63,563 bases of DNA, from IMG/VR virus record IMGVR_UViG_3300042261_001262, one strand, 5' to 3'. Position numbers and translations under genes: made by a program. A model generated the notes under the pieces. That model was not told where the DNA came from. It did not search any database and was given only the letters and a program-made list of their open reading frames with translations. Shown here piece by piece: positions 9,594 through 18,999 of the stretch (positions are counted from its first letter, which is position 1; every line of letters starts with the position of its first letter). The stretch is from an uncultured virus (IMG/VR IMGVR_UViG_3300042261_001262). Taxonomy: Duplodnaviria; Heunggongvirae; Uroviricota; Caudoviricetes.

Positions 9594-9676
9594 ACTTTTA
9601 CCTCCATTCTATTTTTTGTAAATAAATAAAGAATCAAAAACTCAATATAATTATTTCTATACCAAATCTTTTAATA

Positions 9677-10186
9677 TTAAAATTCGAAATCTTCATTTTG
9701 CTTTAATTTATTAGACCAATTAATATTTGTCTTTCTATGAATATCTGTTATTAAAGTATTATGTAACATTTGCCCCATATGAATTATATATTGTTCCATA
9801 TCTTCATTACTTTCAAATTCAGTGTGATCTTTTTGACTAAGATCAACATGACTTAAAACTTCAATCATTAAATCACCAAATAAATTAATATATTCATTAG
9901 AAACTTCTTGATCTTCTATTTTAATTAATTTAAGTAATTTTAAAATCATATTAAGTATTTTTTGATTTTCTTTACATATACTTAATCTATCAATTGGTAT
10001 ATAATCATAACTATTATCTTGAATAATCGAAGACAATACCCATTCTTTTTGGCTTTCTGATGTGTAACCTAATTTTTTTGCTTGATCTATAATTTTTTCA
10101 ATTATTTCTTCAACAGCACCATATTCATAACTTTCTAGAGCAAAAATATCTTCATTATCTAGGTCGATTGGATATTTTTCTGGCAT
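9677..10186 (-). CDS. hypothetical protein
   Basis: ORF with AGGAG RBS. Confidence 0.6.
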   Translation of the reverse strand: MPEKYPIDLDNEDIFALESYEYGAVEEIIEKIIDQAKKLGYTSESQKEWVLSSIIQDNSYDYIPIDRLSICKENQKILNMILKLLKLIKIEDQEVSNEYINLFGDLMIEVLSHVDLSQKDHTEFESNEDMEQYIIHMGQMLHNTLITDIHRKTNINWSNKLKQNEDFEF

Positions 10187-10195
10187 CTTTTCTCC

Positions 10196-10405
10196 TTAAC
10201 TAAACTCAAAACCAGGGATTTTAAAATCTTGACAAAGTTGTTCAAATTTAATAGTTTTCTTCATTAACTCTTCATTGTTTTCGTCACCAGCAAGAAAATC
10301 TTGTAAAACTTTGGTATGGTCTTCTAGTGCTTCTTTAATCATTCCAAGTTCTTCTTTGCTAATATGTAACTTAAAAGACATTTCTTCTTCGATAGGTGTA
10401 AGCAT
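10196..10405 (-). CDS. hypothetical protein
   Basis: ORF in the co-directional gene run. Confidence 0.55.
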   Translation of the reverse strand: MLTPIEEEMSFKLHISKEELGMIKEALEDHTKVLQDFLAGDENNEELMKKTIKFEQLCQDFKIPGFEFS

Positions 10406-10411
10406 TTTTCC

Positions 10412-11281
10412 TCACATTTTTGTACTTAATAAAATTGGATATAAAAAGGTCTTTAAATACATTTTTGGATCAATTATCGCATTCTTTAATTTTGATTCAT
10501 ATTTATAATCTATTGTTAAGTATTTACCATTAGTGCAAAGATAATAATTATCAAGTATATTGTCTAGATTATTTAAAACAACTATATCAAAATAATCTTT
10601 TGAATATATATGTAATACATTATCATGATCTATTTCTTCATTATTAAATAATTTTTTTTGTATCTCTGCCAATTTCTTCGGAGCATATTTATATATTCCC
10701 TTAACAATTAGTTCTTTTCCATCCCAAAAATAACTTGTTTTATTACTTCTCAAATATTTAACATATCTGTCAGATTTAATTGTGAATTGATTAGATAGAA
10801 TGAATTTAGTTAACTCACTTTCACTGTCTGATAAATTAAATAAGTTATTTTCTGTTTTGTTATCACAAATTATGATTGCCCCATCCTTTTTTAACTCTAG
10901 TATCTGCGCGTCGCCGTTTTCAAAAATTACACCAAATATTATCATTTTACAAATCATATTTAGTTGATGTAAATATTCAGTATTTCTTAAATTAGTAGCA
11001 ATAAATATATTTCTTCCTTTCTTCTCTTCGATTTTATTTAACTCTTTTAAGAAATCACTCTCTTTATCAAACCAGCAATTACATATCGTAGTAAATGCAT
11101 TTTTGATATCAAGTTCTAATATTGAATAAGTTGAAGATTTTGTAGCACTAATTAATTGTTTTAATTGGTCAGCATAATACCAACTGATAGCTTTATCTAT
11201 TTTAGATATATCTTGATATTCTTCTGGAAAATCTATTTTAGAATATAATTCTACTAAATCTTCAAAGAATGACATTATCAC
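10412..11281 (-). CDS. short divergent family-B-like DNA polymerase palm protein
   Basis: ELDIKNAFTTI (motif A-like), LKKDGAI (motif C-like), IVKG and IDPKMY. Confidence 0.5.
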   Translation of the reverse strand: MIMSFFEDLVELYSKIDFPEEYQDISKIDKAISWYYADQLKQLISATKSSTYSILELDIKNAFTTICNCWFDKESDFLKELNKIEEKKGRNIFIATNLRNTEYLHQLNMICKMIIFGVIFENGDAQILELKKDGAIIICDNKTENNLFNLSDSESELTKFILSNQFTIKSDRYVKYLRSNKTSYFWDGKELIVKGIYKYAPKKLAEIQKKLFNNEEIDHDNVLHIYSKDYFDIVVLNNLDNILDNYYLCTNGKYLTIDYKYESKLKNAIIDPKMYLKTFLYPILLSTKM

Positions 11282-11342
11282 TCCTTATTAAAAAGGAGGG
11301 GAAATAGATTTCTCTATTTCCCCTTTTACCCTCCCCGTTTAC

Positions 11343-11903
11343 TTATATTATATTACGAAATTCTTGAAAGATATAAAGATCTTTTATAAGATACACATTT
11401 TCAATATTAGGAGTCGGAATATTTGTTTGTATATACCAAGAAAAATATATATCTAATATAGATTGATTCTTTTTAATATATATTGATGAAAGTTTTTTTC
11501 TCAACTGTATAACATCTATATATAATGTAAGAGCTAAATTTTCATAAATCGTATGGCTTGGTGTTATTTTATCATTTAATAAATTAACATATTCATCCAT
11601 TGATTTATAAATTTTATCAAATATACCTACCAAATTTCCACTTTCAGTTTCGATCATATTCATTTTAATTCCGGCAGGTACGCTTAATTTAAGTCTTGGT
11701 TTATAATTGATGGATACTACATTTTGAGAAATAGTTTCAGCATTAGATAAATTAAGTTCCTGTGTAAGAATTACAGATAATATATCTGGCTGATTTGATT
11801 CTAGAACACAATGATCTGTTGGTGGAACACATAGTATTATATTATTTTTTCTATCAATTTTTTGTAAAAATTCAGGCTGAACATCATCCTTTAAAGTAAT
11901 CAT
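11343..11903 (-). CDS. hypothetical protein
   Basis: ORF abutting ssb. Confidence 0.6.
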   Translation of the reverse strand: MITLKDDVQPEFLQKIDRKNNIILCVPPTDHCVLESNQPDILSVILTQELNLSNAETISQNVVSINYKPRLKLSVPAGIKMNMIETESGNLVGIFDKIYKSMDEYVNLLNDKITPSHTIYENLALTLYIDVIQLRKKLSSIYIKKNQSILDIYFSWYIQTNIPTPNIENVYLIKDLYIFQEFRNII

Positions 11904-12293
11904 TTAAACCTCTTCAGCATCTAAATTTTCTTCAGTTTTATTCATATTGTTTAAATCTAAAGCATTTGCCCACTTTTTAACTTCTGAAGCTTTAATTTCT
12001 GTTACATGACCTCTAATTCCTTCTTTGTTTGTATAGGATCTATATGATAGACTACCTTCTACTAAAACCAACATACCTTGTTTAATTCCTTTGACTACGT
12101 TTTCTGCGATTTTGCCCCAACATACAATTCGATGCCATTTCTTATGTTTCTTAATTTCACCATTTCGATCTTTCCATCTGTCAATTGTACTAATAGAGAA
12201 GTTTGTAACATTTGTACCATTTTTTGTTTGTCTGAGTTCAGGATTAGCACCGACATTTCCTACGAGAATTACTTTGTTGTAGTTTCTAGCCAT
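11904..12293 (-). CDS. ssb: single-stranded DNA-binding protein (second copy)
   Basis: NKVILVGNVGANPELR, WHRIVCWGK and LVEGSLSYRSY. Confidence 0.9.
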   Translation of the reverse strand: MARNYNKVILVGNVGANPELRQTKNGTNVTNFSISTIDRWKDRNGEIKKHKKWHRIVCWGKIAENVVKGIKQGMLVLVEGSLSYRSYTNKEGIRGHVTEIKASEVKKWANALDLNNMNKTEENLDAEEV

Positions 12294-12348
12294 AAGACAC
12301 CTCTTTCTTTTAATTTTGTATATTGAATATCATATAAGATCATATGAT

Positions 12349-13077
12349 CTAAGAAGATAAAACATTTTGTGCAGTCAACATCATTCCTTGTGTATATGCA
12401 AATTGACAGGCATATAAAAATGCTTCTCTTTGCCATCCGGCAAAATCATAAAAATATGCTCCATTTTGATTATCTTGAATTGTTAATCTTACCAAATTTT
12501 CATTCTTTTCAACCTTACAAATTGGTCTATTCTGTTGCCAAGCTTCTCCTGTTGCTTGCCAAAGTTGTTCTAAACATACTTTCGAAATTCTTGAAGCATT
12601 AACTACATGAAAAGCCGAAGCTGGATAAATTGTTCCAGAAACAGTTCTTTGCATTTTATTTAGAAATGCAACATTTCCTTGAATCGAACCGTCTGTAAGA
12701 TTAAAGAATGAAATTCTCATGTTATTGAATGTTATATTAAATGATATAACAACAAAATGTGCCTCACCTTTTACTAATGGTTTTTGATCATAAAATTTTG
12801 AATTAAGTAACCAAAATATATCAACTATCTTATATTTTTGTTTTTCTGTCGAAATCTGTGTGTTACCTCCAAATACTGGAGGAGTAAAAGTTTGTTGTTC
12901 GAAAGAAACTTGTTGACTATGATCAAAAGATGGATCACTTTGAGAATCTATTGGTGGAAATTCAACAGATTGTTCCAAATTATTTACTGTCTGTTGATTT
13001 CCAGTTTGCATAAGTACTGTTGGTGGTACACCGAATGGCAATTTGTCTCCATTCATTTCTTGCCTCCTATAGTTCAT
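12349..13077 (-). CDS. hypothetical protein
   Basis: 242-aa ORF with a Q/P-rich N-terminus. Confidence 0.65.
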   Translation of the reverse strand: MNYRRQEMNGDKLPFGVPPTVLMQTGNQQTVNNLEQSVEFPPIDSQSDPSFDHSQQVSFEQQTFTPPVFGGNTQISTEKQKYKIVDIFWLLNSKFYDQKPLVKGEAHFVVISFNITFNNMRISFFNLTDGSIQGNVAFLNKMQRTVSGTIYPASAFHVVNASRISKVCLEQLWQATGEAWQQNRPICKVEKNENLVRLTIQDNQNGAYFYDFAGWQREAFLYACQFAYTQGMMLTAQNVLSS

Positions 13078-13414
13078 CTATTTCTACATCTAAATATTTT
13101 TGTAACCATTCAGCTATCAGTCTTCTATGACAAAAATCTCCAGCTTTTTCGTAACATAATAAAATTGAATTCATTCCTAAATCACCAAATACTATAAGAG
13201 GATCTAATTTATTTAAGTTATTATCATAATATTCTTTTATGTACTCTTCTTTAGTTATCAACCTTGATTTATAATTTGAGACCAAATTCCAATTAGGACA
13301 TAGTGGTTTATAAATATCTATTTGAGAAAAGAATTTTGGGGGTCTTCTTGATACAGAAACTAATTTAAATTGATTTCCTAGTATTTTCGGATTTCCAAAA
13401 TATGAAGTATACAT
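13067..13414 (-). CDS. DUF488-like protein
   Basis: MYTSYF start; LLCYEKAGDFCHRRLIAEWL. Confidence 0.75.
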   Translation of the reverse strand: MYTSYFGNPKILGNQFKLVSVSRRPPKFFSQIDIYKPLCPNWNLVSNYKSRLITKEEYIKEYYDNNLNKLDPLIVFGDLGMNSILLCYEKAGDFCHRRLIAEWLQKYLDVEIDEL

Positions 13415-13417
13415 TTA

Positions 13418-16400
13418 TTATTTCTCCAAACTATTTAAATATGTATCTGCTATAATTTGTGCCATTTTAAGAGTAAGTCTCTTTAATGTTCGGTAAAGAT
13501 CGCTACTCTTTACCCGCGTTTCAGCAGCTATATGTTTCCATATAGAACAGACTATATCTTCATCCTTAGATATTTGTTCTTGTTTTTCCAATTTTTATAT
13601 CTCTAATTGTACTTGGATATACCTTATATATTTTTGCAATATTTGAAACTGATTCATTATTATTTAAACGAATTTTGATATCTAATACTTCATTTTCTGT
13701 TAGATATCCGATAATTTTACATCTCATTTTTTCTAAAGTTTCATCATCATATATTTCTGTTAAATGTTTCCAACTTAATCGTTTTAATATTTTAGTAATT
13801 GGCCTTGTTGTTATATTATATTTTGATTTTATTTGATTTATATTTGTATATGTATTATTTAAAATTCCAGATAATATTTCTAAAACAGATTCTTCTGTGA
13901 ATTTAGATGTGTTAACTTGTGATCCTTTTATATTTCTATTTTTATTATCCCGATCTTTATTATTATCTTGTGCAGTTCCTAGAAATAAATGGTTTGGATT
14001 GACACATTTTGGATTATCACATGTATGACATACGAATAACTCAGAATTATCTATAGAACCAAAATATATTTGATAAGAATATCGATGAGCTGTAATTGTT
14101 GTCTTTTTAGGTTTTGATAGAAAAAATTGTCCATATCCAAGATCACCATGTAAACCACCAATCCATTCCCAACATTTTTCTGGATGTTCTTTCCAATCTT
14201 CTGGAACATCTACTTTTTTCCAAAATCTTTCAATATCTTTTTGTAACAAATACATATTCAGCTCCTAAAAATTTCTAAGGATGCTCCCCATTTCGCTCCG
14301 CTTGGAGCTACGTCTTTCGACTAGTCGTTACACCTTCAACTATAAGAGTTAGCAGCTCCTATAGAAGCTTGGCTCGGTATTGTCCTTTACAGGAGTTTCA
14401 CCGAATTAGAGGAGTTTTTCAACTATCATCACTGATAGAAGAGGCTAATTTTAACCTTGAACTGTGATGGATTTAGCCAAATGTTTGTTACTAAATCTGT
14501 ATGTCGCTTGTCCGAACAATCCGTAGGTGGTATTGCTTGTTATTTTAATGGCAGACTGACGCATGTCATAGAATGAATATTCATCTGAATTCTCATTATA
14601 TGAATCTCTTTTCTTTTCATATTCATTTCTTAAAGATTTAAGATTCTTTAAGAAATGAATAAATAATCCTTCTTTAACTTCATGTTTAACAAATAAACAA
14701 CCAGATAAACTTACAATTAGATTATTTTGTTTTAAATAATCTTGAAATTTATTAGCATCTATTTTTGTTATTTTTAATGAAGGCTGTAATACATCTTCAA
14801 TTACATATAAATATTGTAAATCTGCCGGTATTTCATCATTGATTAAATAATTGTTACAAAAACTATTATACTCTTTACTATTTTCATGAATGTCATCAAA
14901 TAGATCAATCATCGTTATAAAATAACGTTTTAATAATAGGTAATCTTGAATTGATTTTGGATTAAATAATTCATTGAGAGTTTTACCTGATTTTTCAATT
15001 TTCTTCAATAAAAATGCTAATATTAAATATGTATATTGAACATATTCTCCTTTATTTTGTGGAGATAATCTATCAACATATTTAACACATTTATCATAAA
15101 TTGTTGAATACATTTGAATTGGTAAAGGTTTCTTTGTATCAAAATATCCTGATATTACTTGTAGAAAATTATAACATACAGGATCTATAATTCTTCCAAA
15201 AATGGTATCAAAACTAATATTCGATTGAATTATCCATTTATGTTTACTTGAGATCGCTACTCTCAAATTTCTTCCGAAGAAAAACCTATAGTTACCTACA
15301 GGATCAGACTATATCATCATCCCTATCATTTGGCCAGTCATTATATTGAATCATTTAGAATTCCTCCATTACAAATATCTAAAATAGGGATGCTCGGCGC
15401 TTCCACTCGCTTGAGTGTACTCCCTTTCGGGATAGTCGTTACACCTTCAACAGAAACAGTTAGCGAGACTATTTCTGAAGCTTGGCTCGGTATTGTCCTC
15501 AGCATTACCTGGTGGGAGTTTCACCGAATTCACCGAGTTTTTCATCTAAGATTACTCTTAGAAGGCACTTTATTTAATGCTTGGATACAAACTAGAAGCA
15601 TCTAGATCTATTATTATACCATCTTTACTAGTTATTACTTGAGCTTTAGACTCTTTCACATACGCGCCAGGATATCGTCCAGTGACGTTTCTAAAAGTTT
15701 GCTGGCTTACATCTTTGATAGTTTTTTTCATTGCTTTTGGAATATATATATCGGCAAGTTCATCTTCAGAAATAGACATTGATGTTTCTTCGACTATTCC
15801 AAATCTTGTGAACCACCCATCTTTATTTAATACATAATTAACGTATGTATCAAATAAAGCAGATGATCCAGTCATTGATTTACTGAAAGGTGTTTTCATT
15901 AATCTTCGTAATAGATTATGTGATTCAATATGTTTCAATTTTTTATTTAATCTTTGCACCAAACAAACATCAATTATATTATATAAAAGAAAATTTATAG
16001 GATCTGTCTCATAGAATGTATCTAAGGACATACCTTCATCTTTATATTCTTTTTTCTTTAAATCTAATTCATATTCAGAAACATTATCTAGAGAGTAACT
16101 AGATAATTTATCGCCATAATTTACCATGTATTCAGCTAGAGTCGCTACTTCTAACTCGCCTTTTTAGGCTGCTCATAGTTACCTATGAGAGTAGACTATA
16201 TCTTCATCCAGTTTTATTATGTCCAAATATAATTATTTATTATTTGCCAAATAATAGGTTCACTACAATTATTCATTTGAGCTAACTGTTTTTGAGTATA
16301 ATTTCCAGTAGAGTATAATTTTCTTATTTGATTTGCTTGATCTTTATTTTTGATAACATTATATTGTCTATTTCTATTTTGTTCTTCAGGATAAGACCAC

Positions 16401-17729
16401 TTACAATTACCAGGTTCATAATTACCATTATTGTTTATTCTTTCAATAGAACTTTTTTGAAATGGTTTTGGTCCCATATCTTCAAAAAAGTTTTCAAAAG
16501 ATTCAAGCCAACGTTTACAAATTGTTATACCTCTTCCTCCATAATGTTTATATTCTTTAAAATTTTTGTTATAACATCTTCGTTTCATTTGTTTCCAAGT
16601 TTCATACTCTGATGTGTGGCACATATTATGTGTTGTATGTGGTTCCATTTTTGAACATCCACAAGATTTTACACCTCTTGAACTTCTAAGATCATTACTA
16701 CATATAGATTTAATATTTCCACATTCACATTGACAAATCCAATATGCACCACGTTTACTATTTGGTGGATTTTGATCTTTTCTAAGAACTTTTAATTTTC
16801 CAAAAGTTTGTCCTAATAAGTTTATATATGCCATTTTTTCTCCTATTTTAAATTAAATAAACTGGATGCTCCCCATTTCGCTGATGCTTATCAGCTACGT
16901 CTTTCGACTAGTCGTTACACCTTCAACTATAAAAGTTAGCAGCTTTTATAGAAGCTTGGCTCGGTATTGTCCAACTCTGGAGTTTCACCGAATTAGAGGA
17001 GTTTAAAGTGAGCTAATTTGCTAACCCACCTTCGTCGCGAGGTTTATACAATTGTAAAAGATCACAAATTGGAGCTTCTGGTATCTGAACAAAAATTTCT
17101 TCTCCTAATTTATGGATCTTAACAACTCCAAATCTAGATAATATTTCTTGTACTTCCTTTTCATTCTTGTTTAATAAATTAGATAATCTAAAATATATAT
17201 AAGGAAAATCAAATCTGTCCGAGTTCCATCCTGATAAAATTGTTGGATCTATTTTTTTAACTTGATTCCAACAGGTTTTAACTAGATCTAATTCATATGT
17301 AAAAATTTGAATATCTAAATCAAATTCTTCATTTTTTCCAATATATTCATTATTGATTAATTCATTTTTATAATATTCGATTAGCTTATCAAATTGATCT
17401 TTATTTGGAAATTTATCAATGTTAATTCTTTGTAAAAGAAAATAAGATCTAAATATTTTTGTTTGAGTATCATATATCGTTATTGCTGATATTGGATACT
17501 TTGACTGATTTGGTTTAGGGAATTCACCAGCATTACCTGTGTAAACTTCCAAATCTAGAAACAAAATATTTAATTTTTGATCTTTTTCTAATGTATCATC
17601 TTGATTATTTATATAATGATTAATAGAAAAATATTGTTGATAATCAATATCTAATCCATAAATTGAATATGGTGATATTTGCTCTGATGATAATAAATCA
17701 TTGAATTGCTGTAAACTTAATTCATTCAT
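13418..17729 (-). CDS. polB: family B DNA polymerase, exonuclease + motif A/B part; exons 17024-17729, 15577-16123, 14454-15234, 13418-13480 (698 aa spliced)
   Basis: ExoI FLDLEV, ExoII GWNSDRFD, ExoIII YNIIDV; spliced junctions give GGL|NYG, DASSLYPS|MIIQSNIS and KITSNTTYG...ITVQG|RLTL; exon lengths sum to 2097 nt in frame. Confidence 0.88.
13481..14453 (-). mobile_element. group I intron 3 of polB, HNH ORF inserted in the predicted P8 loop
   Basis: 5' exon AGGT pairs with GCCT (U.G); AAGATATAGTC core element; ends in G before AGA CTT. Confidence 0.85.
13566..14255 (-). CDS. intron-encoded HNH homing endonuclease
   Basis: CWEW, AHRYSY, VCHTCDNPKCVNPNHLFLGT; C-terminal HTH-like repeats. Confidence 0.9.
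   Translation of the reverse strand: MYLLQKDIERFWKKVDVPEDWKEHPEKCWEWIGGLHGDLGYGQFFLSKPKKTTITAHRYSYQIYFGSIDNSELFVCHTCDNPKCVNPNHLFLGTAQDNNKDRDNKNRNIKGSQVNTSKFTEESVLEILSGILNNTYTNINQIKSKYNITTRPITKILKRLSWKHLTEIYDDETLEKMRCKIIGYLTENEVLDIKIRLNNNESVSNIAKIYKVYPSTIRDIKIGKTRTNI
15235..15576 (-). mobile_element. ORF-less group I intron 2 of polB (342 nt)
   Basis: GCAT/GTGC P1 pairing, core GACAATACCGAGCCAAGC...GAAGGTGTAACGACTA...GATATAGTCTG, terminal G; removal restores LYPSM. Confidence 0.85.
16124..17023 (-). mobile_element. group I intron 1 of polB, HNH ORF inserted in the predicted P8 loop
   Basis: P1 GGTGGGT/GCTCACT with terminal U.G; same core as the other introns; terminal G before TA AAT TAT GGC. 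Confidence 0.87.
16217..16834 (-). CDS. intron-encoded HNH homing endonuclease
   Basis: WICQCECG, SCGC, YGGRGI and ERINNNGNYEPGNCKW. Confidence 0.85.
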   Translation of the reverse strand: MAYINLLGQTFGKLKVLRKDQNPPNSKRGAYWICQCECGNIKSICSNDLRSSRGVKSCGCSKMEPHTTHNMCHTSEYETWKQMKRRCYNKNFKEYKHYGGRGITICKRWLESFENFFEDMGPKPFQKSSIERINNNGNYEPGNCKWSYPEEQNRNRQYNVIKNKDQANQIRKLYSTGNYTQKQLAQMNNCSEPIIWQIINNYIWT

Positions 17730-17757
17730 TCATATATCTCCTCCTTTAATAAATATA

Positions 17758-17834
17758 TGGTGGAGGTGGATCGATTCGAACGATCGGCCTATCCCTTATA
17801 AGGGGATTGCTCTAACCTACTGAGCTACACCTCC
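17758..17834 (-). tRNA. trnI: tRNA-Ile (anticodon UAU)
   Basis: Full cloverleaf: GGAGGTG/CACCTCC acceptor, GCTC/GAGC D arm, ATCCC-CTTATAA-GGGAT anticodon arm, GATCG-TTCGAAT-CGATC T arm, encoded CCA. Confidence 0.93.
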
Positions 17835-17898
17835 ACTTAAAAATCACATCTTTATGATATTATTTCTATATAAAATGAGAAAAAATAAAATTTGAAAA

Positions 17899-18297
17899 TT
17901 ATTTAACTTCTCCAAGTAATTCGTTTTTAATATCGATATGATGTTCGCAACATTTACATATATCAATATTATCAAATTCGCCTGAAAAATCTAAACACTG
18001 TTCTTTTGTTTTGAATGAATCATTAATTGGACATTTTATAGTTTCACATGATATAGTAGAACCATCTGTCAACTCAAGAGCAGTATAATCATCTAAAATA
18101 TTAGTTTTAGTAAGAGTCTTTATTATTCTACGATTTTTTGATTCAATAGCATATGCATGAACTATTAAATGTGCCCACTTATGTGCTGCATTAAATAATG
18201 ATACTTTCGTTTGAACATCTTCTCTGGAAATTTGTTTTGCATCAAAATCTTTAATTGTCTTATTGATTTCTTTTAGTTTTTGGATTGCTAGATTCAT
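17899..18297 (-). CDS. hypothetical protein with Cys-rich C-terminus
   Basis: ORF with GGAGG RBS. Confidence 0.6.
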   Translation of the reverse strand: MNLAIQKLKEINKTIKDFDAKQISREDVQTKVSLFNAAHKWAHLIVHAYAIESKNRRIIKTLTKTNILDDYTALELTDGSTISCETIKCPINDSFKTKEQCLDFSGEFDNIDICKCCEHHIDIKNELLGEVK

Positions 18298-18934
18298 TCT
18301 TTTCCTCCTTTATCGATTTTTTAAGTAAACTGAGATTTCTTCCCATTTCCATTGCTTCACGCTTTAGTTCAATTAATTCAGGAGTTATTTCAATACCTTT
18401 ATACTTATATTTCAATGTGATTAATTCTTTATTTTTTTCATAATATTTCTTATGTGCTCTTCGATGACCTGAAGTGTTTTCTCTATAATTAATTCTCATT
18501 AATTCTCGATTTCTTTCTGGATTTTTTTCTCTCCATCGTTTTAAAACAGCATAAGCTTTTTCTCGATTTCTTTTTTGCCAATTATTTGCAGCAGCACTCC
18601 TTCTCTTTTTTAATTGTTCATATTTTTCTGGATTAGTTTCTTTTAATCTTTCAAGATACTTTTTTTGATTTTCTTTTTGATATTCTTGATACTTGTAATA
18701 TTTTTCTGGATGGTTTTCTTTTAATCTTTCAAGATATTTTTTCACACTTTTATGTCGTTTTTCTAAATATGCTTTATATTTAATAGGATCTTGTTTTAAT
18801 TTATTCATGTACTCTTTATAATACTTTCTATCACAAATTTTACATATATATCCAACACCATCTTTACTATGTTTATCTTTTCTAAACTCATGAATATCTT
18901 TTTCTTGTTTACAGTGTGAACAGATTTTTGTCAT
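18260..18934 (-). CDS. Zn-finger + basic helical-repeat protein (resembles a homing-endonuclease N-terminus, no nuclease motif seen)
   Basis: CSHC...CKIC; repeated KKYLERLKE..PEKY. Confidence 0.55.
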   Translation of the reverse strand: MTKICSHCKQEKDIHEFRKDKHSKDGVGYICKICDRKYYKEYMNKLKQDPIKYKAYLEKRHKSVKKYLERLKENHPEKYYKYQEYQKENQKKYLERLKETNPEKYEQLKKRRSAAANNWQKRNREKAYAVLKRWREKNPERNRELMRINYRENTSGHRRAHKKYYEKNKELITLKYKYKGIEITPELIELKREAMEMGRNLSLLKKSIKEEKNESSNPKTKRNQ

Positions 18935-18956
18935 ATAACCTCATCTGAAAATAAAA

Positions 18957-18992
18957 TTTTAGGATGGTAAGATCACTCTTACCATCCTAAAA
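18957..18992 (-). terminator. intrinsic terminator after the TROVE gene
   Basis: TTTTAGGATGGTAAGA/TCTTACCATCCTAAAA perfect inverted repeat. Confidence 0.75.
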
Positions 18993-18999
18993 TGGTTAA

